A stretch of DNA of 55,896 nucleotides, counting the filler, from Jimgerdemannia flammicorona (taxonomy: Eukaryota), in NCBI GenBank assembly GCA_003990765.1. It is 3 parts of 3 records of this genome, joined end to end, with 100 filler letters (N's around TTAATTAATTAA, not from the genome) between each part and the next. Parts side by side here need not be neighbours in the genome. Positions count along the whole stretch, not along the records: positions 37,336 to 55,896 come from RBNJ01002178.1; 2 more parts are not named here. The stretch is one strand, 5' to 3'. Positions within the stretch are counted from its first letter, which is position 1; each line of letters begins with the position of its first letter. The translations under genes and the position numbers were made by a program. The notes under the pieces were generated by a model. The model saw nothing but the letters and a program-made list of their open reading frames with translations, had not been told where the DNA came from and made no database searches. Shown piece after piece: positions 37,236 through 51,460 of the stretch.

Positions 37236-37335
37236 NNNNNNNNNNNNNNNNNNNNNNNNNNNNNNNNNNNNNNNNNNNNTTAATTAATTAANNNNNNNNN
37301 NNNNNNNNNNNNNNNNNNNNNNNNNNNNNNNNNNN
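37236..37335. other. Assembly gap with artificial TTAATTAATTAA linker
   Basis: Same 100-nt spacer as 18569-18668. Confidence 0.97.
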
Positions 37336-37368
<33 letters not shown>

Positions 37369-40300
37369 AAATATAATTACCTTATTCTTTCCTACTCCCC
37401 CATTCCCCCAGGGCCCCCCCCCCCCCCCCCTCCATCCCTACTCTCTCATGCTTAAATACCACCTTACCACCCACTACTCTAATTCTCCCCTCACTTTTTC
37501 TACAAATTTTCTCTACCAAATGATATTGCTGACTACTCTGTAGCCCCTATCTCAGCCACCAGTCTGTCAAGATATCCTCTATCAACTTTTCTTATCTCAA
37601 CAACTGCTCTCTTAAACTCAAATGCTTTTCTTCCTCAAAAATAAACAACTAGTAATCTGCCAGCCCCATCTGTATAGCCAATACTCAACCCAAAGAGAGT
37701 CACTCCTTCCCAACCCCCTCCACCAATCTATCTCTCAGATCCTCTCATTGATCTCTCTTATCATCTCTTCTTTACACTATATCTAATTTATTCCTAACTG
37801 CTAACCAAAAATTGTCAAGTATCTTGCACTCTCCTAGCCAATGTTCTGAAGTCTACATAAACTCCCCTTTCTGTCCTACATTATAGCACTCCTCATATTC
37901 AAAACTTCTTCCCTTTATAAGATAGCCTGAGCAAAAGTTGAGCATGATATTTCTCTGTAGTATATACCACCAGACCACTCAGTACTTAGGTGGCAACTAT
38001 CACCTTATCTCTGCACTCTAGACCCAGACTCTATTCCAATCCTACTTTTCTCTAATATCTGCCAACTACCAACTACTAGGCCATATATGTATCCTGTCTC
38101 AACCCCCTCTGGTACTCAACTCTATCACTAATATTGAAGTCTATTAGAGGGGTACCTCCCAATAGTACACAATCCCATCTCTACATTGCCAGGCCCCAAG
38201 GCATCTCTCCTTTGTCTTCCTGCCAGCAAATTCCAATATAGTGAGTCCCATTAACTACTCTCTACCAAAAGCTCTTAAACTACATATGCTCAATATTTTG
38301 AAGCCCAATCAAGGACAGTAAATCTCCAGTAGATCCTCTAAGTGAGTACCTCATCTTCCAGACCCTCTTCATTAGAGGAACCCAGCTATTATCTCTCAGT
38401 TCCACTACTCTCTTTAGCCACCATACTCTTAGACAATACAGCCTCTTTGGGAAGTCAACCAGTCCAAGACCTTCTCTAGCCACTAGTAATAATAAGATTT
38501 CTCAGCTAATCTGACTCCTCCTTCTAGCCCAGATCCAATCTTTAGCCAAATTCAATAGTCTCTTCACCACTTAGGCTAAAAAGTTCAGATGATATGCTAA
38601 ATACCACAACTTTGGCAGCCAGTAGATATTCAAAATTGTAATGTGCTCTACCAAAGATAAGTAGTGGTCTCCCCAGCTCTACAGGGTCTCCCTCCAGATA
38701 GCCACCCACTGCTCTCACTAAGATCTTGATAGGGCTGACCCATATACTGAAAGATATAAGTCCAAGTACCTCACAGCCTCTCTAGCAGGGACAATTGTTC
38801 CAATAACATTCCCTCCTACCAGACCATTGTCTAATACTATTGTTTCATACTTGTATCAGTTAAGTTTAGTTCCAGAATATGTCTCATACTACTTCACTAT
38901 TTTCTGGAGTTTCTTGACATCAGCAATCAATTCCAGACCAACTACTATATTATCTACAAAGGCTCCAACTTTCTATACAATATCAAATACTGAGAGCTCT
39001 ACTATCTTTTACTGAATTCTATCTATCAATGGCTCTAAGAACAAAGCATACAAAATAGGAGACAGTGGATTCCTCTGGAGAATATCTCTATTTAGAGAAA
39101 ATACTATTCCTTAATTCCCATTATATATAAGTATCACCCTACTCCCTTCTAATAGACTGATCATCACTACTTAGAACTGCTAAGAGATATCAATCCTATC
39201 TAGACATATCTTTATCAACCAGACTTACCAAATATAGTCATATGCCTTCTCCTGATCCAAGAAGACCAATATCTAGCCCACAGGTATATATCTCTTCAAT
39301 AATACTGTGCACCTAGGCAGTACCATCCCTAATTAGCCAGTCTCTTACAAAATCTTACTGCTTCTCACCTAAGACTTGCTGGGCCATCTTCTGTAGTCTC
39401 ACTACTACCACCTTAGTGACTAACTTTCTATTCATATCTAGAAGTATAATAGGTTGCCAGTTTTTCCAATCCTCTCTCCTGCTCTTATCCTTATAAAGCA
39501 GCACTACCAGCTCCAGATCCTGCTCCCCCACCCACCTCCCTGACTATAGTACCAAGTTACAAAGCACCACCATCTCTCCCAGCACTCCAGGGATATCTAC
39601 TATCTTCTTCTAAAAGTCCCAGAGCAGACCACCATCACTAGGTGCCATGCTCAGTATAGTCATAGTAAGAATCTGACAAATCTTCTCCTCTTAGACTAGC
39701 AATACTAAGCTGCCCAGTCTATCTGCTTACAGTGGGTGCCAATTCTCCAAAGTATATTTAATGGAGTCAGCATCAGCCCCACCCTCCTTCTCACTCTACA
39801 AACCACTCCACCTCTTCTTTAGTGAGCCAAGAATATCTTATAAACCATATACCAGCAGACCATCAGAATCTAGTACTCTCTCCCATCACTGCCTCACTCT
39901 CCTCACCCAAAAGGATCTAGAGAGGTACTTAGAGGGCTACTTCCCCTCCTCCAGTCCCTGCCAGCATAGCTATGCAGCCAAACTCTACACCTACATCTCC
40001 TCCTCCTCTCTCAACACTTGTTGTAACTCTGTAACCTCTAGCTTAGCCCACATTAACCTCCAGTCCTCCACTCCCTCCAGGGCCAAAAGACCTGTCTAAT
40101 ATTCCAAAAGTCTAGCCAATCTAGCAGAAGCCCAGCTCACCCTCTTCCTCCTCTGCCTTCCTGCTATCTTTTTACCCTCACTTCAGTAAGCCTTAACAGC
40201 CTCCTTTAACCATACTCATCAGACACTAACTGAAATACCCTCCTATACCCAACTCTCCACTCTCAGCCAAATGTTCTTAGCCTACTTATCTCACAACCCC

Positions 40301-40608
40301 TTCTCAGCCAACAAGGAGGTATTGAGGTGCCAATATCCAGGTCCATCTCCACTCCCCCTGAAGCTACCCTGTCCCAACAGCTTTCAGTAATCAGACTATA
40401 GGTACCACTCAGCCTTCAGCGATTTCCAAACATCCAAACCCCAGCAGTCCACCATTAGCACCCAGTCAATTCTCATTCCCAGACCACTTATCCAGTATAT
40501 ATATATCCTCTTATCTCTCCAGAACTCCCTGCCAGATCCACCAGAGAGCTCAGCCTTTCTACTTCCTCCTATATCTCCAAACCCCCACTCCTACCTCTAG
40601 CCCCCTGC

Positions 40609-40667
40609 CCTCTATCAGTCCTTTTTTTTTTTATTTTTTTTTTTATAGTCACTCCTCCATCAGTCCT
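40609..40667 (-). mobile_element. Extremely 5'-truncated LINE insertion (AGTGACTAT + poly(A)) with 14-bp TSD
   Basis: CCTCTATCAGTCCT / CCTCCATCAGTCCT flank the insert; TTTATAGTCACT matches the LINE 3' terminus at about 41392-41402. Confidence 0.8.
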
Positions 40668-41384
40668 ATCTACCACCATATCTCAGACCATATTAAAGTT
40701 CTCCCCAAGAATGTCCACTCCAGTCTCTATAAGGGCCCTACTTTCTTAAAGTCCCCTCACCTACTCCACTCACTCACCCTATACAGTAGGGCGATAGCAG
40801 GAACCCACTATTACTAATTTCCAACCTGGCTGAATCCACTCTCCCCAAATTAGCCTATCTCTCTAGCTCCTCATATTTCATATCTCCCCTCTGCCTCTCC
40901 AGACCAAAATCCCAACCTTGTTCTTTTACACCACTATATCTCTCCATTTCTTTATCCAATCTAGTCCATCTCAGTCATCCTTACATCTAACATCCTACAA
41001 AAGAAAAGGATCAGCCTCTAATCTCTTCAACTAAGTAAAAATGTTCTGATATCAAACTGATCCCTATAACCCATTCACATTTAAAGAGAAAATATTAGTT
41101 ATACTATTTATAAGAAATAATGTTAAAATTCAAGTACAATCTCTACTGCTCCACATTCATCTCCTCCTGTACTAAGTCCAAATCATGTTCAATAGCTACT
41201 TTCTCTCAACCCTCCTAGCCTCTAATCCAACCAGTAGTTTTGCAAGCTCTTCATTCTCTTTTTTTTCAAAGTTTTCATGATACTCCAAGCAGACCTTCTG
41301 CCAGAGCTGTAATCTATGTCTCTCTGTCCACCAGAGAGCAGCCTGCTCACCAGTGGCAACTGTCAGCTCCACCTCTCTCACCTT

Positions 41385-44300
41385 TTTTCGTTTATAGTCA
41401 CTTGGACTCTGCCATTTATTACCATCTATTAATAATGTTACAGTTTACCCTCTTACTACCCAATCTCCATAGGAGTACCACTCTGCCTATTCATACGAAC
41501 AAAGACCACTTTCGCACCCACAACCCCAACCCTCCCCCCACTCTGCCTACAGATTTGTTCTACCAAATGACACCTTCAACTCCCTTTCAACCCCCAACCC
41601 AGTCACCAGTCCATCAAGGTGTCTTCCATAAGGCTATGCCACCTCATCAGCCTGACCTTGGAGCCAAGTTTCCTCCCATCCTCAAATACAAATAACCAGT
41701 GACTGGCCAGCCCCACCCAAATGGTCAAAGCCCACCCTAATGTCTACCATTCTTTCCCCACCCCCCCCTCCAGTCTATCCCTTAAGTCCTCCCATCACCC
41801 CCACACATCAGCTCTCCTGTGCACTACTCCCAGATAATCCCCAATGTTCTGCCAAAAGGAACTAAGCACCTCACACTCTCCTAGCCAATGTTCAGGTATC
41901 TGTACATATCTCTCTTCCTGCCCTACATTATAACACTCTTCACAGTCAAAGCAGTCCCCCTCGACAAGGTGACCAGAGTGGAAGTTGAGTATGATATTTT
42001 GCCTCAGTACACACCACCAGACCACCCAGGACTTCGGTGGCAACCACCTCCTCACCTTGGCACTCCAGGCCCATATGCTATGCCAGTCCCACTCCTCACC
42101 AATTCCTACACCCTGCCAACTACTAGGCCACAGATCCTGGCCTGGTCCTCATTGGCATTCGATCCCATCACCAATGTCAAACTCGAGTAAGGGAATGCCA
42201 CCTAGTAACACTCAGTCCCATCTCCACATCACCCAGTCCCAAGCCTCCTCTCCTTCATTTCTCTGCCACCTAATCCCAATGTGGCATACTCCCTCTGCCA
42301 CTCCCCACCAGAAGCCTTTGTACCATAATTGTCCAGAACTCTGAAGGCCCACAAGTACTAGAAGATCACCCATTGAACCTCTCAGAGAGGACCTCATCTC
42401 CCAGACTTTCTGCAGTAGGGGAACCCAACTACCCCCTCTCAACTCCACTGCTCTCTTCAGCCACCAAGCTCTCAAGCAGTGCAGCCTCCTAGGAAAGTCG
42501 ACCAGTCCAAGTCCCCCACTTACCACTGGTAAGGACAAGACCTCCCAGTTGATCTGACTCCACCTTCCAGCCCAGATCCACCCCTTGGCTAGCTTTATCA
42601 ATTGCTTCACCACCCAAGCTAGGAAGTCCAGATGATAAGCCAGATACCACACCTTTGGCAGCCAATAGATGTTTAGAATCGAAATACAGCCCACCAGAGA
42701 CAATTGACAGCCCCCCCAACTCCTCAGGGCCTCCTCCCAAATGCCAACCCACTGCTCCCACCAAAGTCTAGGCAGAACCGACCCATATACTGACAAATAT
42801 ATACCTAAGTACTGTACCACCTCATCAGCAGGGACAATTGTACCAATAATCTCTCCTCCCACTAGATCATTGCCTAACACCATTGTTTCATACTTATGCC
42901 AATTAAGCCTAGCCCCAGAGTTTGCCTCATACCACTCCACTGTCTCCTTGAGCTCCTCAACATCTGCAACAGATCCCAGACTGACCACCATGTTATCTGC
43001 AAATGCCCCTACTTTCCACCTGATGCCAAAGATAGAGAGCCCCACTATCTTCTGCCTTATTCTGTCCATGAAGGGCTCCAGAGACAAAGCATACAAAATG
43101 GGAGACAGTGGCTCCCCCTGGGGCACCCCCCTACCCAGGAGAAATGCTACCTCTCTATATTCATTACACATGAGTACTGCCCTACTTCCTTCTAGTAGAC
43201 TGACCATGGCAGTTCTGAACTGTCATGGGACCCCAATCCTATCCAAAACTTTTGCCAACCAGACCTATCGCACTCAGTCATAGGCCTTCTTCTGGTCCAA
43301 AAAGACCAGATGCCCATCCAGTCCACTGGCTCGTGTCCCTTCGATAATGCCATGTACCCATGCTGTACTATCCCTGATGAGCTGGCCTCCAACAAAGCCC
43401 TGCTGCTCCTCACCCAAGACTTGCTGGGCCATCTTTTGCAACCTTGCGACCACCACTTTGGTAACCAACTTTCTGTCCATATCCAGTAGCATAATCGGTC
43501 TCCAGTTCTTCCAGTCCTCTCAGCTCTCTTTGTTCTTATAGAGCAATGTCACTAACCCTAGATCCTGTTCTCCCACCCATCTCCCCATCTGTAGAATCCA
43601 ATCACACAGTGCCCTCATCTCTCCCACTATTCCAGAGACTCCCACCATCCTTTTCCAGAAGTCCCAGGGCAGACCATCCTCTCCAGGTGTCATACCCAAG
43701 GTTGTCATGGCAAGAACCTAGTGGATCTTCTCCTCTAGAACTGGCAGTACTAAGTCATCCAACCCAGCTGCATGGGTAGGGTGCCAATCCTCCAAGGCTT
43801 GATCAATGTCCTCAGCACCTGCCCCACCCTCCTCCTCACTTCACAATCCACTCTAATGCTCCTTTAACAAGCCAAGAATATCTTATACCCCATGCATCAA
43901 TAAACCATCAGCATTAAGCACTCCCTCCCACCTTTGCTGCACTCTTCTCACCTGAAGGGCCCTTGTAAGAAACTTCGAGGACCACTCTCCTTCCTCCAGC
44001 CCCTGCCAACGAAGCTGTGCTGCCAGACCCTGGACCCTAGCCTCCTCCTCATTCCACAGCACCTGTTGTAGTTCAGCCACCTCTATTTGTAACCATATCA
44101 AACATCAGTCCTCCTCTCCCTCCAATGTCTCCAGTCTTGCCCAGTCCTCCAAGAGTCTAGATAGTCTACAAGATGCCCACTGCACCCACTGCCTCCTCTG
44201 TCTCCCCACCTCCATACCAGCCTCACTCCAGAAGGCCCTGGCCATCTCCTTTATCCTCATCCACTGAATATCAACTGTGACACCTTCTTGCCTCCAGCTC

Positions 44301-47257
44301 TCCACCTGCATTTGAATGACTTCAGCCCATTTACCCCACCAGATGTTATCATCTAGTAGGGAGGAATTAAGATACCAATTTCCAGGCCCATCCCCACTCT
44401 CCCTAAAATATCCCTGCCCCAAAAGCCCCCAATGATCTGACCAAGGACACCATTCCACCTCCAGTGACTTCCAAACATCCAGGCCCCAGTAGCTGGCCAT
44501 CAGAATCCAATCAATCCTTGTCCCCAGGCCCCCGGCCCAGTGTATGTACACCTTCTTATTCTCCCAACATTCCCTACCCATATCTACCAGAGCACTAAGT
44601 CTTTCCACTTCCTCCCATGCTGCCAGTCCTCCACTCCACCCTACAGCACCTTGTCCTCCATCAGTTCTGTCCCTCAATGTATCTCAGACCATATTGAAGT
44701 CTCCACCCAGTACATCTACCCCAACCTCTGCAAGAATCCTACTCTCCTGTAGGCCTATCACCCAGTTCACCTGCTCGCTCCATACCACAGGGCAGTAACA
44801 GGAGCTCACCATGACTGGCTCACAACCTGCATGTATCCACTCTCCCCAGACCAATCTATCCCCCCAGCTCTGCACATCCTATATCTCCCCTCTGCCCTTC
44901 CGCATCAGAATTCCAACCTTGCCCTTCCAAACTGCCTCACCTCCCCACTCCTTCATCCATTCCAGTCTATCCAATTCATCCTCACACCTGATATCCTGCA
45001 AGAGGAAGAGATCAGCCTCCAATCTCTTCAGCCAAGTAAAAATGTTCTTACATCAAGAAGCACCCTGTAACCCATTCATGTTCAAAGAAAAAATGTTGGT
45101 TGTACTTTATAAGAGAAATTATATAGTTTCAGATGCATCCTCTACTGTTCCATGTCCACCTCCTCCTGTGCCCTGTCCAGGTTGCACTTAGCAGTAGCTT
45201 CAGCTTCCTCGATCCTCTTAGCCTCCAATTTAGCCAGGATTTCAGCCATCTCCCCATCCTCCTTTTCCTCAAACTCCTTGTGGTACTCCAAACAAGCCTC
45301 CTGCCAGAGCTGCAGCCCATGCCTCTTAGTCCAACAGTGGGCAGCCTGCTCACCTGCCACAATTGCCAGTGCAGCTTCCCTCTCCTTATCTACCTCATAC
45401 CCCTCCTCCTCCAAGTATACTGCCAGAATCTCTGCCTTCAATGCTGCCTCCACTCCATCGCCTTGCAGGATTCTTGCCCAATGCTCATTGCTCATCACTT
45501 GAAGGTTGACTTCCCCCAGCTCTTCTGCTGCCAAGTTGTTCATCATCTGGCATATCTATAGTAAGTTTCCCACCTCCTTCCCTCCTGGGGTCACTGGCCT
45601 CCCTCCATCTAATATCGTAGTATCAGTCCCCACACTTGCTGACTCATTCCATCTCTCCTCTGGGACATCCACCAATTCCTCTTCCCCAGTTGCCTCTACT
45701 AATCCCCTCTTCTCTATATTTGGGACTCCAAAGTGCACCTGCTGAGCACCATGCATTGGCACATCCTCCACCACCCTACTTCTTGCTGCCAGACCCCTTC
45801 GGATAAGGGGGGAGGGTGAAGGTGAATCCTCCCAGGTTTTCTCCCAAGCCTCTAGTGTGCCATCATCATATGGATTCTTGCTCGGCACCTTTACGGCCTC
45901 CACCTGCCCCCCCTCCTCATTTCTTCCACTACTAGCAGCCCAGATACTCTCCTCAGTATCTCCAGTAGTTGCACTATCACCTGCCTTCCTTGTTGCCTCC
46001 GCCCTCATTTTTGCCAACAATTCCCTCTGCCTTCTATGCCCTTGGGACCTCTCCCATACCTCCTTGTTGATGCAGACTTGCTTTCCTCCAATCACCTCAA
46101 GATGCATTACTGCCTCAAATGCTTTCCATACTTTTGCCCTCCTCTCAACTGCCCCACTCAACTCCTCCAGCACCTCCAGCAAATCTTCCTCCTCCTCCTC
46201 GCTCCCCTTTACTCTTGTCACCTTGCACAAGATAGCCCCCAACATCATCACTGAGGGCCAGTCCCGAGCCTTCCCAGTAGCCTCCCACCCAGCCAGCCAA
46301 ATCCTGATGTCAACATCTCCTGTTTGGAGGGAGGTTCCTTCTCATACTCTGAACTCAATATCAACTACCTCCCCATACTCTGCCATAATCTCCTTGACTC
46401 TCTTCCTCATCTCTACAGCAGTAACAGTAGGAACTCCTTTCACCAGAAGTTGCACTACTCTTGGGTCTCACTGCAGGCATCTCACCATCAGTATGCATAC
46501 TTTGTCCACTTTCATTCCAGCCTTCAAAGTCTCCTCCAGTGGCCCAGCCTCCTCAAATCCCACCTCCACCCCTTCTAGGCCCTTCAGGAACTTAACCGAC
46601 ACTGCCCCACTCATCTGCTTTGCAATCAGCCCCAGAACCATTTTTGCTGTCACTGCCAAGCCCTGGAAACACATTGTGACTACAAATTCTGAGATTGACT
46701 TCTTGAGTAATGGAGCCACTGCCAGTCCCATTACACCATCCACCAGGTCCCTGGGCCTCATGCCCTTCCCACCATTCAGCTCACCATCAGCAGTCCCATC
46801 TAGATTTTTTTCCAGATCGCCCATCACACCCCCATCAGCAGTCCCTACCCCAGCCACTACCCCCCCAGCTCCACCCCTATGGCCCTCCAGAGAGATACCC
46901 CCAAGAGGTTGCTGCCTGGTAGCCCTCACTGGCCCCTTCCCCCCACTCAGCCAGCTCTCTAGTCCTGCTCCCTGCTGACCCCCCTTCACCTTCTCCACAA
47001 AGCTTGCCCTGCCAGACACTTGACTGCCAGCTCTGCCCCCTCTTCCACTGTGGCCTCCCACCAGCAGGCCCCTCATACTTCCCCCCAAGCCAGGGCCTCT
47101 TCCCACTTGCTGCCATTCAAATGCTCCAGGGCCACCCTGCCCAGTACATACCTTAGGAAGCTCATTGGTTGCTATGATACTAGTAGCTTATCTCCAGAAA
47201 CTGTGTTGAAAGTATTGCCAAAAGATTGTGTAACCTGAATGTTACTGGAGAAAAGTG
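41385..47257 (-). mobile_element. Full-length L1/Tx1-like LINE (5.87 kb) nested in another LINE; ORF1 about 45130-47110, ORF2 about 41500-45110
   Basis: 17-bp TSD TCCACCTCTYTCACCTT at 41368-41384 and 47258-47274, with AATAAA and a short A tail. APE (GGDFN, TRIDW, SDH), RT (DQKKAYD, GVPQGEPLSP, FADN) and C-terminal CxxC...HxxxxC; contains stops. Confidence 0.93.
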
Positions 47258-50200
47258 TCCACCTCTTTCACCTTATTGACCTCATATCCTTCCTTCTCCA
47301 AGAAAACTACAAGTACCTCTACCTTCAGGGCCTCTATCACTCTATCTCTATATAGGATTCACATCCAATAATTATCACTTATCATCCTCAGGTCCACTTC
47401 TCCCAATTCTTCAGCCACTAAGTTATTCATCATCTGGCACATCTACTGTAGGTTTCCCACCTCCTTCCTCTCTGGAGTTATCAGTCTTCCTTCTCCCAGT
47501 ATTGAGATATCAGCCCCCATACTTGTAGTCTCATCCCACTCCTCCTCTGGAATATCTATTAATTTATTCGCATTAGCCATCACTACCCATTTCCCTTTCA
47601 CTATCTTAGAAACTCCAAAGTGTATTTGCTGAGTACCTCACATTGGTACATCCTCTGCTGCCCAGTCTCTTGAAGCAGGTCTCTGTCTGATAAAAGGAGG
47701 AGTATCTTCTCAGACTTCAAATATACTATCCTCATATGGGTCCTTACTTAGCACCTTCCTGATCTCCACCAGATCCTCCTCTATCTTCTCTCTACTTTTA
47801 TTGATCCAAATACTCACTTTGGTACCCTCAGCATCTTCAATTTCACTAGCATCCCTCTTTGCCTTCTCTCCCAGGTTTGCCAGCAGCTCCCTCTGCCTCT
47901 TATACTCTTGAGACCTCTCCCATATCCTCTTATCAATATAATATACCTTCTATCTATTATCTCCAAATATATTAACTCTATATATGTCTTCCAAGCCTTT
48001 GTCCTCTGCTCTATCACACTACTCAGCTCCTCCAGTGCCTCTAACAAATTCTCTTTCTTCTCTTCACTCTTCTTCACCCTCATCACCTTGTATAAGAAAG
48101 CCCTCCACACTATTACCAAAGACCAATCTTGAGCCTTCCCAGTAGCCTCTCTCTTAGTCAAATGAATCTGGACATCAACTCCCAGTCTGAAAAGAGATTC
48201 CTTCCCAAACCCAAAAACCAATATTGACTACCTCTCCATACTTGGCCATGACTTCCTCGACTCTCCTCCTAGTCTCTATAGTAGTTACTATAGGAACTCC
48301 TTTCACTAGAAGTTGTACCACCCTGGGGTCCTACCTCAAGCAGTACATTATCAGAATACTCACCTCTCTAATAGTTAACCTAATCTTCAGTATATTCTCT
48401 AATAGCCCAGACTCCTCAAAGCCCATCTCTACTCTTTCCAATCTCCTCAGAAACTTCATAGATACCACACTAGCCACCTACTTAGCAATCAGCCCCAAAA
48501 CTATTTTCACTATCATCACTAAGCCCCAGAAGTACAAAGTAATCATGAACTCTAAGATCAACTTCTTGAGTAATGGGGCCACTACCAGACCTATTACACT
48601 ATCCATCAGGTCTCTCATCCTCTTAGGCCCTATCTTCCCAGCCCTACTATCAGCAGTCATGTTTGGATTTTTTTCCAGATTGCCAGTTACTACTTCATCA
48701 GCAGTTATATCTCCAGCTACTACTCCACCAGCTCTTCCACTCAACACCCCCAAGAGAGCCCCTCCTGGCCCCCCAGCAGCAGCTTTCTTCTTACCCCCCT
48801 ATAGCTATCTATCCAGTCTAGCTGCCTGACTCCTCTGCCTGATCATCTCAGCAAAACTCATCCTCTTCCCCTCTGTCTGTGCCATATCTCCTCCTCTACT
48901 GCTACCAACCCTCCTTCCTTCTGACAAGGTGCTCAGTATCTCCAATCCTGCTTCCTGATCTCTCCCCACATACTGCCAGCCAAATGTACTAGGGCCACCC
49001 TGCCCAATACACTCTGTAGAACTCTGATTCAAGAATATATTCTTAAGACATTTCTCTAAGAATGATATAAAAGTAGGTAATATAATATTTGTATAATGTG
49101 AGATATATCAGGAAGAGATCATATCTATTATATATAATTAATATTTTAAGAAGATAGAATATATTATTCATATCTGTCATCTTGAATTTCTGGCATAGCA
49201 TCACTTTTATATCATTAATCTCACTTATTATTCTGATCAGAATAATACCATGGATCTAAATTTCTAGATATACTATTCCTATATAAATTGGCCTCATAAT
49301 GCTTAAATCTGTTATCTAAGAAATATTTGTTAATTTTTTGATTCTATAGTCTTACTGCTTATTTGATACTATAGAGATCTTTATAGAGTTTATATATAAG
49401 CTCCTTTTGCTCATTATCTGTAAGAGGATTACTTATAAAAGTACTATTACATAGTTCTGGAAGGGGTTTCTAAAAGTTCTGGATATTCTGAAAGACTATT
49501 TTCTTTTAGATCAAGATCAATTTTATATAAAGTATATTCTCTATATTTATTGATTTCAAGATTGAATTAATATCTCAACCAAAGTCCTTTTTTGGACTTA
49601 TTCTGAATATTCAGGATTTTCTATATTTTAGGAAGTTCAAAAAACTAAGACCAGCTTAGTTGAATCAGTATATTGCTGCAGACAATATCTAATTAGAAAA
49701 TTTCATAATAGGGTTAGGAGTAGGACTTAATGGGGTGCAGATTTACTTAAGAGTAGTTAGTGGGTTATTAAATAGATTTATTCACTATTCATGATATTGC
49801 TATACTAGGAGTAGTTATATGAAGAGATATTGTGGGGAAGTATTTGGGAGTTGTATTTGGATCTGTTTAAGTCTGTTTAAGTCTAAATATATTTGATATA
49901 CTTGTGGTTGAGTTCTTGTACCATATTGTCAATTTGGCCATAAGATAGGATAACAATCATTTTAGTAGTAGTAACTTGAAGATAAAGAATAAAGGTACTG
50001 TACTCATCAAAGAGTTCTCAGTATTTATGGGTGATGATTTTCTGGTGTTAAAACATCTGGATAATATCTGTATTGTAGTGGTATTCAACTATATCTTCTA
50101 GGAGATAACGGATCTGATAGTAGCTTGAGATTTGTCCAATTCAGTGAGCTTTGCTGAGCATATTCAGGGTATCTTATCAGGCTTTCACAAAGTAGAGAGG

Positions 50201-50758
50201 TGCTAGGCTATGGATATTTATGAGAAGCAAGAGAGGGGTAGTTTAGTTGACAATGACATTTCAAATATCAGTATAGATACAGTTGTAGATCTCAGTAGTT
50301 ATATTTGTATATGTTTAAGAGTTATAATTGTTTATTTGGTTTGTTATGGTTCTCCATTTTGATATATCTGAGTGCTCAGTATATATATATTCAGTCTTAA
50401 TTAGTAAGATTCTGTTTATATAATTCTTGTATTCTATGACTTTGAGTTAACTCAGCTTTGTGATCTTGCATGTAATTTCCAGATTTGTTCTAAGAGTAAT
50501 ATGTAATTTTGATGACTTGAAGGTTATATACTTATAACTCTTCTCTTTTTAGTTTTGAATATCCTCATCGAGCTCTTCTAAATTTGATCTAGTATTGTTA
50601 CACCATTTGGATAGTCAAAAGTCCAGTAATATTCAAAGTGGTATGCTCATAGTACAGTTGTCTAATACAATAGATTTATATATTAAAAAGTTGTATATTT
50701 GATACTATATACCAGAAGTAATTCTGATATCATTTACTAATGGAGAATTTCCTCTAAG

Positions 50759-51124
50759 TAGTGCTCCCAAATGAGTCGAATCAATTCGAATCAAATCGAA
50801 TGGGGATTTTTCAATTCGAATTAATTTGAATCAAATCAAAAGTCGAATCAAATTGAGGGTCTGATTCAAACCCTAATTTTCAAAATGCAATAACTCAGCA
50901 TAAACTCATCTAAATCTAATGTACTTTAGCTTGTTAGAATCACATTAATACGGTGAATCTAACAAGCTAAAATATGTTAAATTTGGATGAGTTTTCGTCG
51001 AGTTATTACATTTTGAAAATTAAGGTTTGATTCAATTTGAATTGAATTGAATTGGACCCTTGATTCGATCGAATCGATCGAGTTTGGGCCAAATTCGATT
51101 TGATTCAATTTGTTGAGAGCACTA
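50759..51124. mobile_element. hAT-type MITE, 366 bp, largely palindromic
   Basis: TIRs TAGTGCTCCCAA / TTGAGAGCACTA with an 8-bp TSD CCTCTAAG on both sides. Confidence 0.93.
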
Positions 51125-51354
51125 CCTCTAAGGAATCTTCTTAAATATCTATGCCTTATTTCCCACTAGTGATATAGGGAGAATAGGCTAGCTTTTAGTT
51201 TTGCTATTTTTCTAGAAGATCAGTATTCTTTTGTCTTATCTTGCTGAGTTCTTGATTTTATTTGTAATAATTTTAAGGGTATTTGATGTTTAGAAGGAGT
51301 AATATATAGTATAGACTAATAGGTATTGGAGTATTTGGTTTCAGTTGTTCAAAG

Positions 51355-51460
51355 AATTATATTTTTAAACTAAGTTAGTGGTATTCTGGAGATTAGTTTT
51401 AGATTCTCATATCACATTATGGATCAGATAATCTTTCTATTTGATAAGGTATTCTGGATG
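51355..51460 (-). pseudogene. Chromodomain remnant of family B integrase
   Basis: EYLIK*KDYLIHNVI*ESKTNLQN matches the chromodomain pattern EYLVKWKGY...TWEP..NL, with both Trp codons mutated to stops. Confidence 0.75.

Larger units (their letters stand above)
37370..49040 (-). mobile_element. L1/Tx1-like LINE (older host copy): ORF2 about 37450-41110, ORF1 split at 41384/47258
   Basis: Colinear with 13510-18568; ORF1 continues across the nested insertion once the TSD is removed. Confidence 0.9.

Noticed and set aside
45857..46978. 373-aa plus-strand ORF and other antisense ORFs over LINE and pol regions
   Set aside because: These are shadows of the minus-strand TE ORFs caused by strand compositional bias, with no independent motifs.
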